A stretch of DNA of 64,000 nucleotides from Eledone cirrhosa (Eukaryota). Location: assembly GCA_964016885.1 (NCBI GenBank), contig OZ024740.1:18848001-18912000 (forward strand), read 5' to 3'. Of the stretch, positions 25,928 to 40,018 are shown one piece after another. The notes below the pieces were generated by a model, which worked only from the letters and a program-made list of their open reading frames with translations, was not told the DNA's origin and ran no database searches. A program made the translations under genes and the position numbers. Numbering within the stretch: the first letter of the stretch is position 1; each line of letters starts with the position of its first letter.

Positions 25928-26060
<133 letters not shown>

Positions 26061-26257
26061 ATGTGTGTGTGTGTGTATGTGTGTGTGTATTTATATACTG
26101 AAGTAAAATTCAAGTGGAAATATCCAAGGGTAAGAGCACTCAGTCCATGAGACGAGTTTAGTATAAATATATATATTTTTTTTTCATGAGAGGCTGAATG
26201 AATTGGGGCCCAGAATCCAACGAAACTTGAGTACCTCTGTATGTCACTGTTGTTATT

Positions 26258-26435
<178 letters not shown>

Positions 26436-26475
26436 GTAACTTGACCATTCGATAAAATAAGAACCAAACATACAC

Positions 26476-26507
<32 letters not shown>

Positions 26508-26571
26508 TTAGGGGGGGGGGAGCAAAAGCTCACCCATCGGGTCCCGACTGTTTATAATATATATTTATATG

Positions 26572-26779
<208 letters not shown>

Positions 26780-26836
26780 TGCATATATATATATATACAC
26801 ACACACATATATATATATATATACATATACATATAC

Positions 26837-26965
<129 letters not shown>

Positions 26966-26976
26966 CCCACACACAT

Positions 26977-27010
<34 letters not shown>

Positions 27011-27029
27011 TTACACATATATATATATT

Positions 27030-27226
27030 GTGTCAGGTCGCTCTCGAGTGCTACTGGTAACATGTAAACCAGTACAACCTGTCTCATGGTCGGGTCGTCG
27101 GAGACTAAACCGGCAACCCCGCCAAGTTTACTTGATGAGGAGGGTGATATTTGGACACCTTGCGGGGTGAAATACAAGACCCGGCAAAGGGCGGGAGGAA
27201 CTCAGCAGAATCAACGGCCATCCAAA
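27030..27226 (+). mobile_element. Isolated 5' leader of the RTE-derived families
   Basis: Matches 17737-17921 and 17091-17285. Confidence 0.75.
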
Positions 27227-27469
27227 TATTTTTTTTTGTTTTATAAGGTTTTACGGAGTGGTTAAAATCAGAGGCATAAAAAGCTGAGGGCTGTCGTATT
27301 TTCCGTGGCAAACATTTGCGCCGAAGATATGTGTCGTCAGTTCCAAAAAGTGTGGCTGGGCCTATAAAAAGCCTTCACCACTTTGTGTGGGTAGTTCAAC
27401 TTCAGTTCACTTTCTCACATTTAGCTTTTGTTGGACACACATACGTCGGATATCGACGGGAGAGTCCAT

Positions 27470-27504
<35 letters not shown>

Positions 27505-27514
27505 GTAATATAAT

Positions 27515-27695
27515 ATAGAAGGGCTTCTACAGGACTAGAACTGTTTCATTCGGTGGAAATCATCAGGCTTCCTGATGATTTCTACCAAATGAAACAGTTC
27601 TATTCTTGTAGAAGCCTTTCTATCTTAAATATTTATACTTTGCTATGTATTGAGTACCTTACTAACTGTGGTTACCCCCGATTGAACCTGGAATA
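27515..27695 (+). mobile_element. Penelope-type terminus with foldback (27515-27623) and hammerhead (27566-27616)
   Basis: ggcttc-CTGATGA-..-GAAA-cag..ttg-TA-gaagcc; arms of about 53 bp; related to 62347-62455. Confidence 0.75.
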
Positions 27696-27940
27696 AACTT
27701 ATATATATATATTATAAAGTATTGGGACCTGACAATTGAGGTTTGGCCGTTTCAACAGAGAGTACCAGCTCAGCCGTTGGGTCCGGACTCTTTATAATAT
27801 AAGCATACACTACTACCCCAAATATCGAGTACTCTGTTGAATAATGGTCTAACCTGTTTCAAACTGAATGCATCCTAATTTGTGTATATATATGTGTGTG
27901 TATGTGTGTCTATGTGACTGTGTGTGTGTATGTGAGTGGG

Positions 27941-28145
27941 GTACATGAAGATTGTGTCCCACAGGGTGACCCACGGCTCCTGTGGAAAGCACAACTCTCT
28001 TCTGTCACCTGTCTAGTAAACCATGCAGATCTACAGCTGGTCTACAAAGTCCACTACGAAGTCATGGTCACAGATGGGATGATAACGAAGAATCATTAAG
28101 AGACGGCAATCGTCTGTGAAGACGCTGCAATCCTCTCTATATGAA
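27941..28145 (+). mobile_element. 3' end of RTE family 2 with (ATGT)n tail
   Basis: Near-exact reverse complement of about 1463-1666. Confidence 0.9.
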
Positions 28146-28195
28146 TGTATGTATGTATGTATGTATGTATGTATGTATGTATGTATGTATGTATC

Positions 28196-28650
28196 AAAGG
28201 GCAAAGGAGCTCTTAAGAGTCAATGGCCATCCAAAATCACCGGGAGAGATGACCCCTTAGCCTTTGTCAAGGCAGAATTCTAGGAGAAGGAAAACTCTGA
28301 TATAACACCTGCAACCCTGATGGTATCCAATGATGTTGACTTGTTCTTCTTTTTGGTAAATATCATCTTGGTTAAGAGAGTGGGACTGGCTTTGTGCAGT
28401 GCCTTTGCTCACTATAAAAGCTTCACGGCACAGGCATTGCTTTATATCTGGAGATCTCTCTGCACTTGTCGTCACATGGTACCATGGGCCCAGCTGTATG
28501 TGTCAATAATTGTCACAAGTGTAGTGTTTGTACCAGAGTTTTCAAGTCACTGGCTGGACTAAAAAGTCACACTCGTTCAGCGCATCGGTAGGGGTTCTCC
28601 TACATGGATATAAAGTAGTGGCCGTACTCGAAAACGAGTTGGCAGCCACC
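28196..28650 (+). mobile_element. Non-autonomous RTE family B, 5'-truncated
   Basis: Matches about 17246-17701; (ATGT)n on both sides. Confidence 0.9.
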
Positions 28651-28745
28651 ATGTATGTATGTATGTATGTATGTATGTATGTATGTATGTATGTATGTAT
28701 GTATCTATGTATGTATGTATGTATGTATGTATGTATGTATGTATG

Positions 28746-29040
28746 TTCTTCTGGTTTTATAATTTCACAAAATTTTACCAATAGAGAGTCGGTTTCTAAC
28801 ATAGACACAAAACTCTCTCATTGGAATTTACACAACATCAACTAGGTAGATATGTATGTATGCATGCATGTGTAGATATGGATGTTATTGTATGTGTGGA
28901 TGTGTATGTTTTGAGTTGTATGTGTGAATGTGTATATGCTTTGCATCTGTACATGTGTATATGCAGTTATTAGATGCAAAATGTTTGGAATGTTTTACAT
29001 ATTTTTACTGTTCCATTAATGGATTGTACTTGTAATTTCC
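28746..29040 (-). mobile_element. R4-like family 1, 3' fragment
   Basis: Matches 30215-30510; (ATGT)n on both sides. Confidence 0.88.
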
Positions 29041-29126
29041 GTGTGTATGTATGTATGTATGTATGTATGTATGTATGTATGTATGTATGTATGTATGTAT
29101 GTATGTATGTATGTATGTATGTATGT

Positions 29127-30149
29127 ATTCTTGAGTTCTACTGGTAACCCTGTATAACTTGTCGCATGGTCGGGTCGTCGGTTATTAAACCGGCATGGTG
29201 ATTTTGAACACCCTGCAAGACAAAACACACAACCTGACAAAAGGCGGCAGAACTCATAAGAATCAACGGCCATCCAAAAATGTGTAAATATGTATATAAC
29301 GTATGCATGTGTATATATGTATATATGTATATACCTATATATTGTTTGCTTGATATGCTTGTAAATCTATCCTTTGCCATACAGTAATTATATATGCCTA
29401 GTAGCATTGCTTGTTTACTACCCAGCTGTCCTGTATATGCCTAACGCATTTGCACTCTCTATACGCTTGCATATGTACTGCTAGTGTCCTCGTTTTACGA
29501 GTAACTTTCTACCTTAATGCCTCTTTAATTATTATACTATTCCTTTGTAAACTCTGTCGCATGCATTCCACTCTGTAAATACAAAACTGTTGATGACAAC
29601 ATTAATATCCATGTATCTATATGATTGTTCAGTTGAATAGGAAGTTAATTATATGTCCAAACGTTGCTAGTACTCCGATGATTCCAAACGAAAGTTTCGA
29701 AGAAACGATTGTCAGCAATAAAATTATTTGAACATAGTTTTGATTATTGTGTAATTTATATGTATATGTGTATATACATGTATGCATGTGTATGAATATG
29801 CGCGGTGACATAGAAATAATCGGGCATGATACCTGATCGCGTGTTTAAACCACTGGGAGTGAAGGAACCCTCGCTTTTGTCAGGGCATTCTTCTAGGAGA
29901 AGGCAACTCAGGAATCTGGGATAACTCCGATATAAAACCTGCGGCTCAGTAGTTACCGATGATGTTGATCTTTTCTTCTTTTCAGGTTATAGCAACTGTC
30001 GCAGAAAGAGTGGGATTGGCTCAGTGCACAGTCTTTCCTCACTTTAAAAAAAATCGTCACGCACAGGCATTGCACGATAGAATTAATTGATAATTATTAT
30101 TAATGTTATATCGTGCAAATGCCATACTCGATATCAAGCGGACAGCCAT
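29127..30149 (+). mobile_element. Non-autonomous RTE family A, split by a probable Penelope-type insertion (about 29340-29760, degenerate hammerhead at 29672-29716)
   Basis: Leader at 29127-29280; core 29799-30149 matches 7681-7959 plus 12089-12128. Confidence 0.78.
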
Positions 30150-30214
30150 GTATGTATGTATGTATGTATGTATGTATGTATGTATGTATGTATGTATGTA
30201 TGTATGTATGTATG

Positions 30215-31717
30215 TTCTTCTGGTTTTATAATTTCACAAAGTTTTACCAATAGAAAGAGAGTCGGTTTCTAACATAGACACAAGACTCTCTCATTGGAAT
30301 TTACACAACATCAACTAGGTAGATATGTATGTATGCATGTGTAGATATGGATGTTATTGTATGTGTGGATGTGGATGTTTTGAGTTGTATGTGTGCATGT
30401 GTATATGCTTTGGATCTGTACATGTGTATATGCAGTTATTAGATGCAAAATTTTTGGAATGTTTTACATATTTTTACTGTTCCATTAATGGATTGTACTT
30501 GTAATTTCCTAACTAGTTGTGTTCTTTCTGTTCCTGTGAAGCCTAGCTTCTCAAGATTTGTATTGAGGTAGTTACTAACATATCCCAGTGCCCCAATAAT
30601 CACAGGCATAAATCTGAAGGTGTAATCAGGGTGGAGTATCTACAGATTTCTCATCAGTTCTGCATAAATATTCTCGTTTTCACTAATCTTTGATATTATA
30701 TTGGCATCTGCTGGGCAGCTAATTTCCACTACTGTGCATGTTTTCTTCTCCCTGTTCCATATCATAATATCTGGTCTGTTATGCCTGCATTTTATTTGGG
30801 TTTTTACTGGAACATTCCACCAGTACTCTTTCATATTATGTACATGGATGTCTTCCACATTGTTGTAGCTTTTAATGTGTTTATTATCGGAGCTATCTTT
30901 TTTACGAACTGCATTGTACAGTGTTTTGGCCACTACATCATGCCTCATAGGTAGATAGTACCGCGATGACATCTTTGGGCAGCTGCTGATGACATGGGTG
31001 ATATCCTCGATGTTAGTTCTGCAGAGTCTGCACTTGTTATCACATTTAAGTGTTTTGCCTGCATCCCTATCTCTTTTGTGAATTTAGTATTTCGTGCTAA
31101 TCTCCTGTTCTTGTATTGCAAAAGCGTATCCTTCAAAGTGGCAGCCAATATAGCGGTTGTTGGTCCAAGATAGACTACTTTCCTTATCTATATTACTCTC
31201 ACTTTGGAGCTTCCTGGCAACATATCCATGCATGATTTTTTGCTGATAGGCATGCAGTTTTTCATCCATGGATTCACTGCGATACTGCTGAGCGACATCC
31301 CTGGGTGTGAGTTTTTGATTATCACACAGGGAATATCTCTCAAGGAGTTCCTTCCCAACTCTCATGATCTTATCTGTTTCATGCAGATAGACTTGCTCGA
31401 GAAGCGGGCTCCTACGCTTCGAGGTTTGTAGATGTTGTCGGAGAAATATGATGCGACATTCAAATGTTGTCTGGACTGATGTTAGGCCTCTGCCTCCCTG
31501 CTTACGTTTCAAGTAAAGGCGGTCTATGTCACTGTTGATGTGGAAGTTTCCGGTGTTGTTCAGTATTTTTCGAGTTCCAACATCAACTGCTCGGATTTCA
31601 TCTATCGTCCAATTGAGTATTCCAAATGTTGGTGTTAGGACAGGCACAGCAACACATTGTGAGCCACTGTTTTGTTTTGCGCAGAGAATTGCGATGACCA
31701 GATCTTTCTTAATCGGG
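30215..31717 (-). mobile_element. 5'-truncated R4/Dong-like element, family 1
   Basis: ORFs 31084..31647 and 30640..30972 (RHD, RPDI, VVEISCPAD); collinear with 3540-4837. Confidence 0.92.
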
Positions 31718-31896
31718 TAGAATTAATTGATAATTATTATTAATGTTATATCGTGCAAATGCCATACTCGATATCAAGCGGACAGCCATCATGTATGTAT
31801 GTATGTATGTATGTATGTATGTATGTATGTATGTATGTATGTATGTATGTATGTATGTATGTATGTATGTATGTCAGGTCTGTATGTATGTATGTA

Positions 31897-32486
31897 TGTC
31901 AGGTCACCAGTTGGTGCTACTGGTAACATATATCCCAGTACGACCTGTCTCATGGTCGGGTCGTTGGCGACTAAACTGGCTACCCCACCAAGGTTTATTG
32001 GTGAGGAGGGTGACTTTGGACATCCTGCAGGACTAAAAACAAAAGCTGTCAAAGGGCAAAGGAGCTCTTATGAGTCAATGACCATCCAAAATCAACGGGA
32101 GAGATGACCCCTTAGCCTTTGTCAAGCCAGAATTCTAGGAGAAGGAAAACTCTGATATAACACCTGCAACCCTGATGGTATCCAATGATGTTGACTTGTT
32201 CTTCTTTTTGGTAAATATCATCTTGGTTAAGAGAGTGCCTTTGCTCACTATAAAAGCTTCACGGCACAGGCATTGCTTTATATCAGGAGATCTCTCTGCA
32301 CTTGTCATCACATGGTACCATGGGCCCAGCATTATGTGTCAATAATTGTCACAAGTGTAGTGTTTGTACCAGAGTTTTCAAGTTGCTGGCTGGACTAAAA
32401 AGTCACACTTGTTCAGCGCATCGGTAGGGGTTCTCCTATATGGATATAAAGTAGCGGCCGTACTCGAAAACGAGTTAGCAACCACG
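31897..32486 (+). mobile_element. Non-autonomous RTE family B, near full-length
   Basis: Matches 17093-17701 with a small deletion. Confidence 0.9.
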
Positions 32487-32547
32487 ATGTATGTATGTAT
32501 GTATGCATGTATGTGTATGTGTGTGTGTATATATGTATGTATGTATG

Positions 32548-32870
32548 TTCTTCTGGTTTTATAATTTCCCAAATGTTTACCAATAGAGAGAGAGAGAGAG
32601 TCGGTTTCTAACATAGTTACAAGACTCTCATTGGAATTTACACAACATCAAATGTGTTATTTCTGTTTCTGTGAAGCCCATCTTCTCAGGATTTGTATTG
32701 AGGCAGTTACTAACATACCCCAGTGCCCCAATAGTCACAGGCATAAATCTGAAGTTATAGTCAGGGTGGAGTATCTGCAGATTTCTCATTAGTTCTGCAT
32801 AAATATTTTGCTCTTCGCTAATCTTTGATATTATATTGGCATCTGCTGGGCCACTAACTTCCACTACTGT
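32548..32870 (-). mobile_element. R4-like family 1, 3' fragment with internal deletion
   Basis: VEVSGPADANII..MPVTIGALG plus 3'UTR; (ATGT)n flanks. Confidence 0.85.
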
Positions 32871-32943
32871 GTGTGTATGTATGTATGTATGTATGTATGT
32901 ATGTATGTATGTATGTATGTATGTATGTATGTATGTATGTATG

Positions 32944-32974
<31 letters not shown>

Positions 32975-33084
32975 TGCTGGAATGATTTTACAAAAAGACA
33001 TAACAAATGTATATGGAAACACTGGAAGATGCAGATAAAAATAACCAAAGTTTTAGTAAAACGTTTGTAACATAGAAATTAGTA

Positions 33085-33303
33085 ATAATGGTGTCCTGAT
33101 TTAGACACAAGGACAGCAATGTTAGGGGCTGGGGTCGATTAAATCTACCCAAAGCATTACTGGTACTTTATTTATCGAACCCATAAGGATGAAAAGCAAT
33201 GTTAACCTCATCGTGATTTTAACTCATTACGTAAAGGGACGTAACTACATGCCGCGAAGCAGGGTGCCCGACTCTCTACCGATTCTGCCAATTCACCGTC
33301 CTA
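33085..33303 (-). mobile_element. tRNA-derived SINE (diverged)
   Basis: Reverse complement of the SINE body and head. Confidence 0.75.
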
Positions 33304-33399
33304 TAAATAACAACACGCAAACACGCTTTGACACTAACGCTGAGACACACAAACATCATTTGCCTTCGTAGCATCTAATATTGAATGTTTAGAGATGGT

Positions 33400-34380
33400 G
33401 AAACTAATGGCTGAAACAGACCAGAAGTTACCCTGTGTTGAAAAGGATTGCATCTCCTTTCCCGGAAAATATATCCGGAATCCGGCAAGAAGGAATCTGA
33501 TTTACCATTTGTTCCCAAAGAGATGCAAGCAAGTTCAATGTACTAAAAAAGAAATGAATTGAAAGAGGTGTTATCTGACTTCTGGATTAAACTTTTGAGC
33601 ATAGAAAAGGGCAAAGCCAATGGGACGGTATACATAACTTTCAGGAGAGAGGAGGATGCGAAGAGACAGGCAAAAATTAGGCGAAAGCCACGCTGATAAC
33701 CTGGTTCCCCAGTATATGGAAAGGGGAAGCAGAATGGTAACAGGTTCGAGAATTAGCCAATGACATCGAATCTGGGACATAGTCGCCTTTGTTAAACAAT
33801 GTGGCCATATAATTAGTGCCATGGTAATGAAAAATGGTATGTGGTTGAGAGGGATCAGTATGAACTCGTAAATACTCGTTGTGCCTCAGTCCCCTCAAAG
33901 CCATTCCAGAACTTTATCCTGTTATTGTTTCATGAGTCAAAAACAACAAGACTAACATTGCAGAACATAAAACCCTGTTGGGGCAGCAAATATCAAGTAA
34001 GGAACAAGTTCTTGAGGCTACTGTACCTGTAGCACTTTCAGTTATACCAGTAATTATATTACCGAAGAGGACCAGAAAATCTAATTCTTGCTCGGTTCCT
34101 GAAGCGGGCGATACCGAGGTACGTCCTCATAATCCTGAGGTGAAAGATGATGAAATCCCCCCCCCCCCCCTAACAGTGCACCCCTTCTCATTCATTGGTG
34201 ATGATGAGAACAAAATGTATGAACTAGAAGAGGGAGGAAAATCCACGCCACATGTGGATGGAAATAAGGAATTATCGACGAATGCTCCTGACGTTTACTT
34301 TTAACAACAAAAGGAATATACGAAAGGATAAGATACTTCTGTACAGAAGATATGTGTGCTTCTGTTGATGAAGTCATGAA
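33400..34380 (+). mobile_element. Possible decayed L1/Tx1 ORF1
   Basis: GTVYITFRREEDA and LVPQYM..G segments reminiscent of RRM-type ORF1; broken frames. Confidence 0.35.
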
Positions 34381-34462
<82 letters not shown>

Positions 34463-34584
34463 TGTGTGTGTGTGATACACTGTTCACTTTCCTGACATTT
34501 GTATATTATTCAATCTACTACATGCATCTTTGATGAGTTGTAGTGCACCTGAGCACTGTACACAATTTACATTATTATATGTAT

Positions 34585-34770
34585 AGGGCGGTGAATTGGC
34601 AGTATTGGTAGAGGGTCAGTTACGTCCAGCGTAGTTACGTCCCTTTACGATGTGAGTTCAAATCCCGCCGAGGTTAACTTTGCCTTTCATCCTTACGGGG
34701 TCGATAAAATAAAGTACCAGTAATACACTGAGTATTTGCTGGCCTTGTGCCAAAAGTAGAAACAATTATA
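34585..34770 (+). mobile_element. tRNA-derived SINE
   Basis: Box A-like TGGCAGTATTGG, box B GAGTTCAAATCCC and shared body. Confidence 0.85.
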
Positions 34771-34971
34771 TGCATAAATGCATTCGGATGACCTCGTTGA
34801 GCCCCAGAAAGTATATAATGCATGATAAATGAGCAAGATGGTGGGGTGTTCTAAGACGATTAGTAGGTCCCCACTTGTGTGTGGGTAACCCTGAATGTTA
34901 TGTTTGATATATCTTGTGTTAATGGTTGTATGTTTTATATAGATTTGATACTTATTTTATGTATGTATGTG

Positions 34972-35390
34972 AGGTCGCTCTTCAGCGCTACAGGTAACAT
35001 GTAACCCAGTACAAGCTGTACATGGTCGGGGAGTCGGTGACTAAACCGGCAACCCCACCAAGCCTGCTTGATGATTTTGGACACCTTGAGGGATGAAAAA
35101 CAAAACCGGTCAAAGGGCGGAGGAACTCAAAAGAGTATAAAACCTGCGACTCTGTTTGCATCCAATGATGTAGACCAGTTCTTCTTTTTGGGCAAATGCA
35201 TTCAATGCTCGAATGGGATTAGCCCCGAGCAAAACCTTTAAAAAATCTTCAAGCACAGGCGTCGCTTGATATGTGACATTTTTGCGATGCCTGGTATTGC
35301 GGGCCATAGGCAAGTCCCTAGCAGGACTAAAAAGCCACATCCGAATCAAGTGATGCCATTACACGAAATCGAGTTGCATCCATCATCATC
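34972..35390 (+). mobile_element. Non-autonomous RTE derivative, diverged family C
   Basis: Leader, 5'UTR blocks, KSLAGLKSHIR remnant, hairpin and (CAT)n/(ATGT) tail. Confidence 0.78.
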
Positions 35391-36508
35391 ATGTATGAAG
35401 GTGTATATGTATGTATGCGACTAAACTGGCAACTCCACCAAGTTTACTTGGTGAGGAGGGTAATTTTGGACACCTTGCGAGACAAAAAAATCATAGGTTT
35501 TATAATTTCACAAATATCTGACACTGCCTTGAATCACTCGAGTATAAACAAAATTAATACTTATTTTTTCAAACCTGTTAATAAGTTGCATTTATTTCGT
35601 TTTGTTGAATATCTATACATGCACGCCCCACCATTTATACTTAAGAATGGAGAGAGATTTCGCAGTTACACAGCTGTCCTCAGCTGTCCTCGGACATTGG
35701 ACAGGACAGTGTCCTCATCCGTAAAATCAGATTGATAGCAGCCCTTCTAAAAACTGTCAGCCGAGTACCATGAACACAATATAGCCTTGCCATCACCTGA
35801 GGTAACACTTCAAGTGTGCTGGCTTGCCTCAAAAATCATTAGAGAATCTGCCCAGTACTCCTCACGACGCCGCTGTCTGTTGGCTCGGTTGTTCACCCCT
35901 TCCTTTACATTTTCTTTAATATTGCAACATTAAAAGAATATAACTTTCTGAAAGAATCGCGGGTATTGATAATGTTATCTAAGCATGTGTAATGTTATTT
36001 ATGTATATATTTAAAACATATTTGTTATGTTATTCTACTGTATATATATATATATTATACACGCACACACGTATATATATATTATATATGTATAATAGGA
36101 ATTTGTATATAATATCATTATTACCAGTAACGTACTGGTTAATTGCTGGCCTTGTGCCAAAAGTAGAAACAATTATTAAGTTTATTTATGTGCATATATA
36201 GACAGATAGATATTCGTGTGTGTTTGTGTGTGTGTATATATGTGTGTATATTTATACCAAACAATACTATGAAGTATTGTGAGGTATATAAGTAGTAAGC
36301 AGTAGAGAAAGCCGGTACAATGCAGAAAGAGGTGCTACTAGGATGTAGGGGGACTAATGAGATACAAATGTGAGAAATTATTGTCTTATGCAATATATTT
36401 TATAAATTTCAAGGTAAATAACTTCTTTTCAGATGAGTTTAAAGGAAGAAAATATAAAAGTACGAGAAAACAATGTGGTCTAATCTAATGGACTATCATA
36501 TTCTTTTG

Positions 36509-36591
<83 letters not shown>

Positions 36592-36716
36592 ATATATATA
36601 TGTATATATATATATATAGTACATATATATATGTATATATATATGTACTATATATATATATTAAAAAAAAAAAAATATATATATATATAAATATATAAAT
36701 ATATATATATATATAT

Positions 36717-37005
36717 ATTGCTATACTTTCGGAGGGTCATGTTGCCAATAAGAAACATACGCACCAGTGCTTTCACTCCAATTTATTATAAATTAAAAAA
36801 TCAAAAAATCATTTTAAAAAAAAATGTTTCTTATAAATTTCCGGTTGGTTGGTTCAACCGGACAGTTGTTCATATATAATAAATTGGAGTGAAAGCAACT
36901 GGTGCGTGTGTTTCTTATTGGCAACATGACCCTCCCAAAGTATAACAATATCGGTTTCAACACAGTTTTTCAGATAAAGAATCTTGCTAAACAAATTCAG
37001 AAACG

Positions 37006-37008
<3 letters not shown>
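36717..37008. mobile_element. Foldback of a Naiad-like Penelope 3' terminus
   Basis: Arms about 36717-36790 and 36876-36951 match 42732-42805; (TA)n flanks. Confidence 0.8.
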
Positions 37009-37057
<49 letters not shown>

Positions 37058-37193
37058 GATATATATATATATAAAATACATATATATATATATATATATG
37101 TAGTGTGTGTGTACTACATATATATATATATATATATAAGTATGTATATCAGCCGTACTAACAGTGAGAAATGAAATTTCGTTTCATTCTTTT

Positions 37194-37268
<75 letters not shown>

Positions 37269-37345
37269 GTAATAATAATAAATGCGAAGACTAAAATCCA
37301 AAGACGGCTCAATAAGGATAAATATATATCAAATACATAAGAACC

Positions 37346-37458
<113 letters not shown>

Positions 37459-37557
37459 TGCGTGTGTGTATATATATGCATACACATATTGTGGTGAATT
37501 GAAAAAGTTTGATTAACTGAGATGATTCATACATTCAAAGACAAGTACCCACACGAA

Positions 37558-37609
<52 letters not shown>

Positions 37610-37778
37610 TCGATCTACAGTATTATGTGCAGTGAAGTTTGAAAATTACAAAATAAATACACGCGTGCATACAAACACACACACACACATATGTATAATT
37701 CTCTCTATATAATATATAAAATATATATAATATATATACTCTTTTACCGGGTGAGACCATGCTGGGACACCGCCCTTG

Positions 37779-37810
<32 letters not shown>

Positions 37811-37900
37811 CTGATGGTAGCTAAGATGCTTCCATAGGCGGAATGCCGGTTGAGCACTCTATGCTCTTGCAGAGCAGAGTATGATAGAATAGAATAATAT

Positions 37901-37966
<66 letters not shown>

Positions 37967-37969
<3 letters not shown>

Positions 37970-38100
37970 AGTTGTGGTAAGGAACCAGATGGACCATAAC
38001 GTACCAGAGTACTCAATACTTAGGGTAGTAGAGTGGGTAATAGGAGAAAGTATGACCCCGACGGCAAAGCTCAAGCCGTTTCGACGGCTATTTCTGGACA
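37967..38100. repeat. (TA)n-embedded repeat family, probable Penelope terminus; copies at 42918-43055, 52630-52905, 55553-56031 and 62721-62913
   Basis: GTGGTAAGGAACCAGATGGACCATAACG..GTACTCAATACTTAGGG..GACCCCGACGG..CCGTTTCGACGGCTA shared. Confidence 0.75.
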
Positions 38101-38105
38101 AAAGT

Positions 38106-38173
<68 letters not shown>

Positions 38174-38550
38174 AGAAAGATACGGATGGTTCCTCTACTG
38201 AATCGTCTACAAATCAGGCCGTTACTCTCGTTAGTAATGATGAGAACCATAGCATAATGTAGTGGTAGATAGATCTTACGATGACTGGATGGTGCTATCT
38301 AACATCAGTGGTAAGCCTATTAAAACAGCTTGACCTGTGGCTAACGAGAACTATCAAGTAACAGATGTATAAACTTACCTTGATTATTATAGCTGCTGTG
38401 CTGTCCTTTGTGTTTAATAGAGTCATATGTATATATATATATATATATATTGTCAACTGTACTGTGTTGTGTATGTATATATATATATATATTTGTGAAT
38501 GTGTGAGGGTGTGTGTGTGATGCAGTTGTGCCTGTGTATATGAATCTATA

Positions 38551-38649
<99 letters not shown>

Positions 38650-38731
38650 ATAGCTATATACTTGTGTAGATGCAAAATTAATCAATCCTTCACTGCTTAG
38701 AGTTTCACAAAATGTGAGATTCTATAGGGTG

Positions 38732-38778
<47 letters not shown>

Positions 38779-39330
38779 TATACATGTATGTATGTATGTA
38801 TGTATGTATGTATGTATGTATGTATGTATGTATGTATATATGTATGTATATATGTGTGTGTGCGTCTGTGTGCTCGAGTGTATTATATATATGTGTGTGC
38901 GCGCCGGTTTGTATATATATGTGTGTGGTGGTGGTGGTGTTTGAGAGTTGTATGGGTGTGTGTTATGCATATAAGTGTCTATATGTGTGTGTGTGTATGC
39001 ATATAAGTGTGTATGTGTGTCTGTGTATGTATATAAGTGTCTATGTGTGTCACACAGTGTTTTGGACTTCTTTAAGAAGATTACGTCAGGGATAGTTTTG
39101 AAAATAAAAGAATGCTATTGCTTGCGTCTCTGTTATTGCTTGCTTATGTATATATGAGAGAGAGGGAGAGGGGAAGAAGAGAGAGAGAGAGGGAGAGAGA
39201 GAAACAAGAGTGAGAGGGAGGGAGCGATAGAGAGAAAGAGACCGTAAATGTGTGTGTGTGTGTGTGTGTCTGTGTGTTGCAGTTATGCATGTGTATAGGA
39301 GTCTATATAAATATATATATATTTATATAT

Positions 39331-39388
<58 letters not shown>

Positions 39389-39450
39389 GTGTGTGTGAGT
39401 GTGTGTGCATATATAAATATATATTTATATTTTTATATATAGATACACAA

Positions 39451-39486
<36 letters not shown>

Positions 39487-39517
39487 ATGTATATATATAA
39501 ATATATATTTATATATG

Positions 39518-39549
<32 letters not shown>

Positions 39550-39831
39550 CGTGTGTGTGTATATATATATATATACGTGTGTGTATATATATACATATAT
39601 ATATACGTGTGTGTATATATATGAGTACCTATCCTTCTTGTACTGTTTTATTAGAAAGAGAAAGTTTGTCAAGATTTCTGTGGTATTTTACTAATTCTAC
39701 CCATGAACTGTTTTATGGTGCATATCTTCAACAGTAGCACACTGCCAATGTAAACGTAGCCGATTTATATAAAACAAACTGGAGGATATTCTCCAGCAAA
39801 TACAGCTTTCATATTACACACACACACACAC

Positions 39832-39866
<35 letters not shown>

Positions 39867-40018
39867 CGGGGTAACACATTATTGTTATAGGTAGTCCACT
39901 TAGGTGTAGTCCAGTTATGGTACTCCGCTTATGGTACTCTAGACCTACCAGTTCAATATCTCTTCTTCGGAAGGAAGTAAAGCAAGCTATTTAGAACACT
40001 GGTTTAACCGCTTTACTT

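Noticed and set aside
34585-34670. tRNA gene
   Set aside because: A/B boxes belong to SINE heads; there is no cloverleaf and the SINE body follows.
38268-38310. Hammerhead-like motif on the - strand
   Set aside because: Both core strands are mutated (CTGATGT, GTAA) and stem I does not pair; a relic at best.
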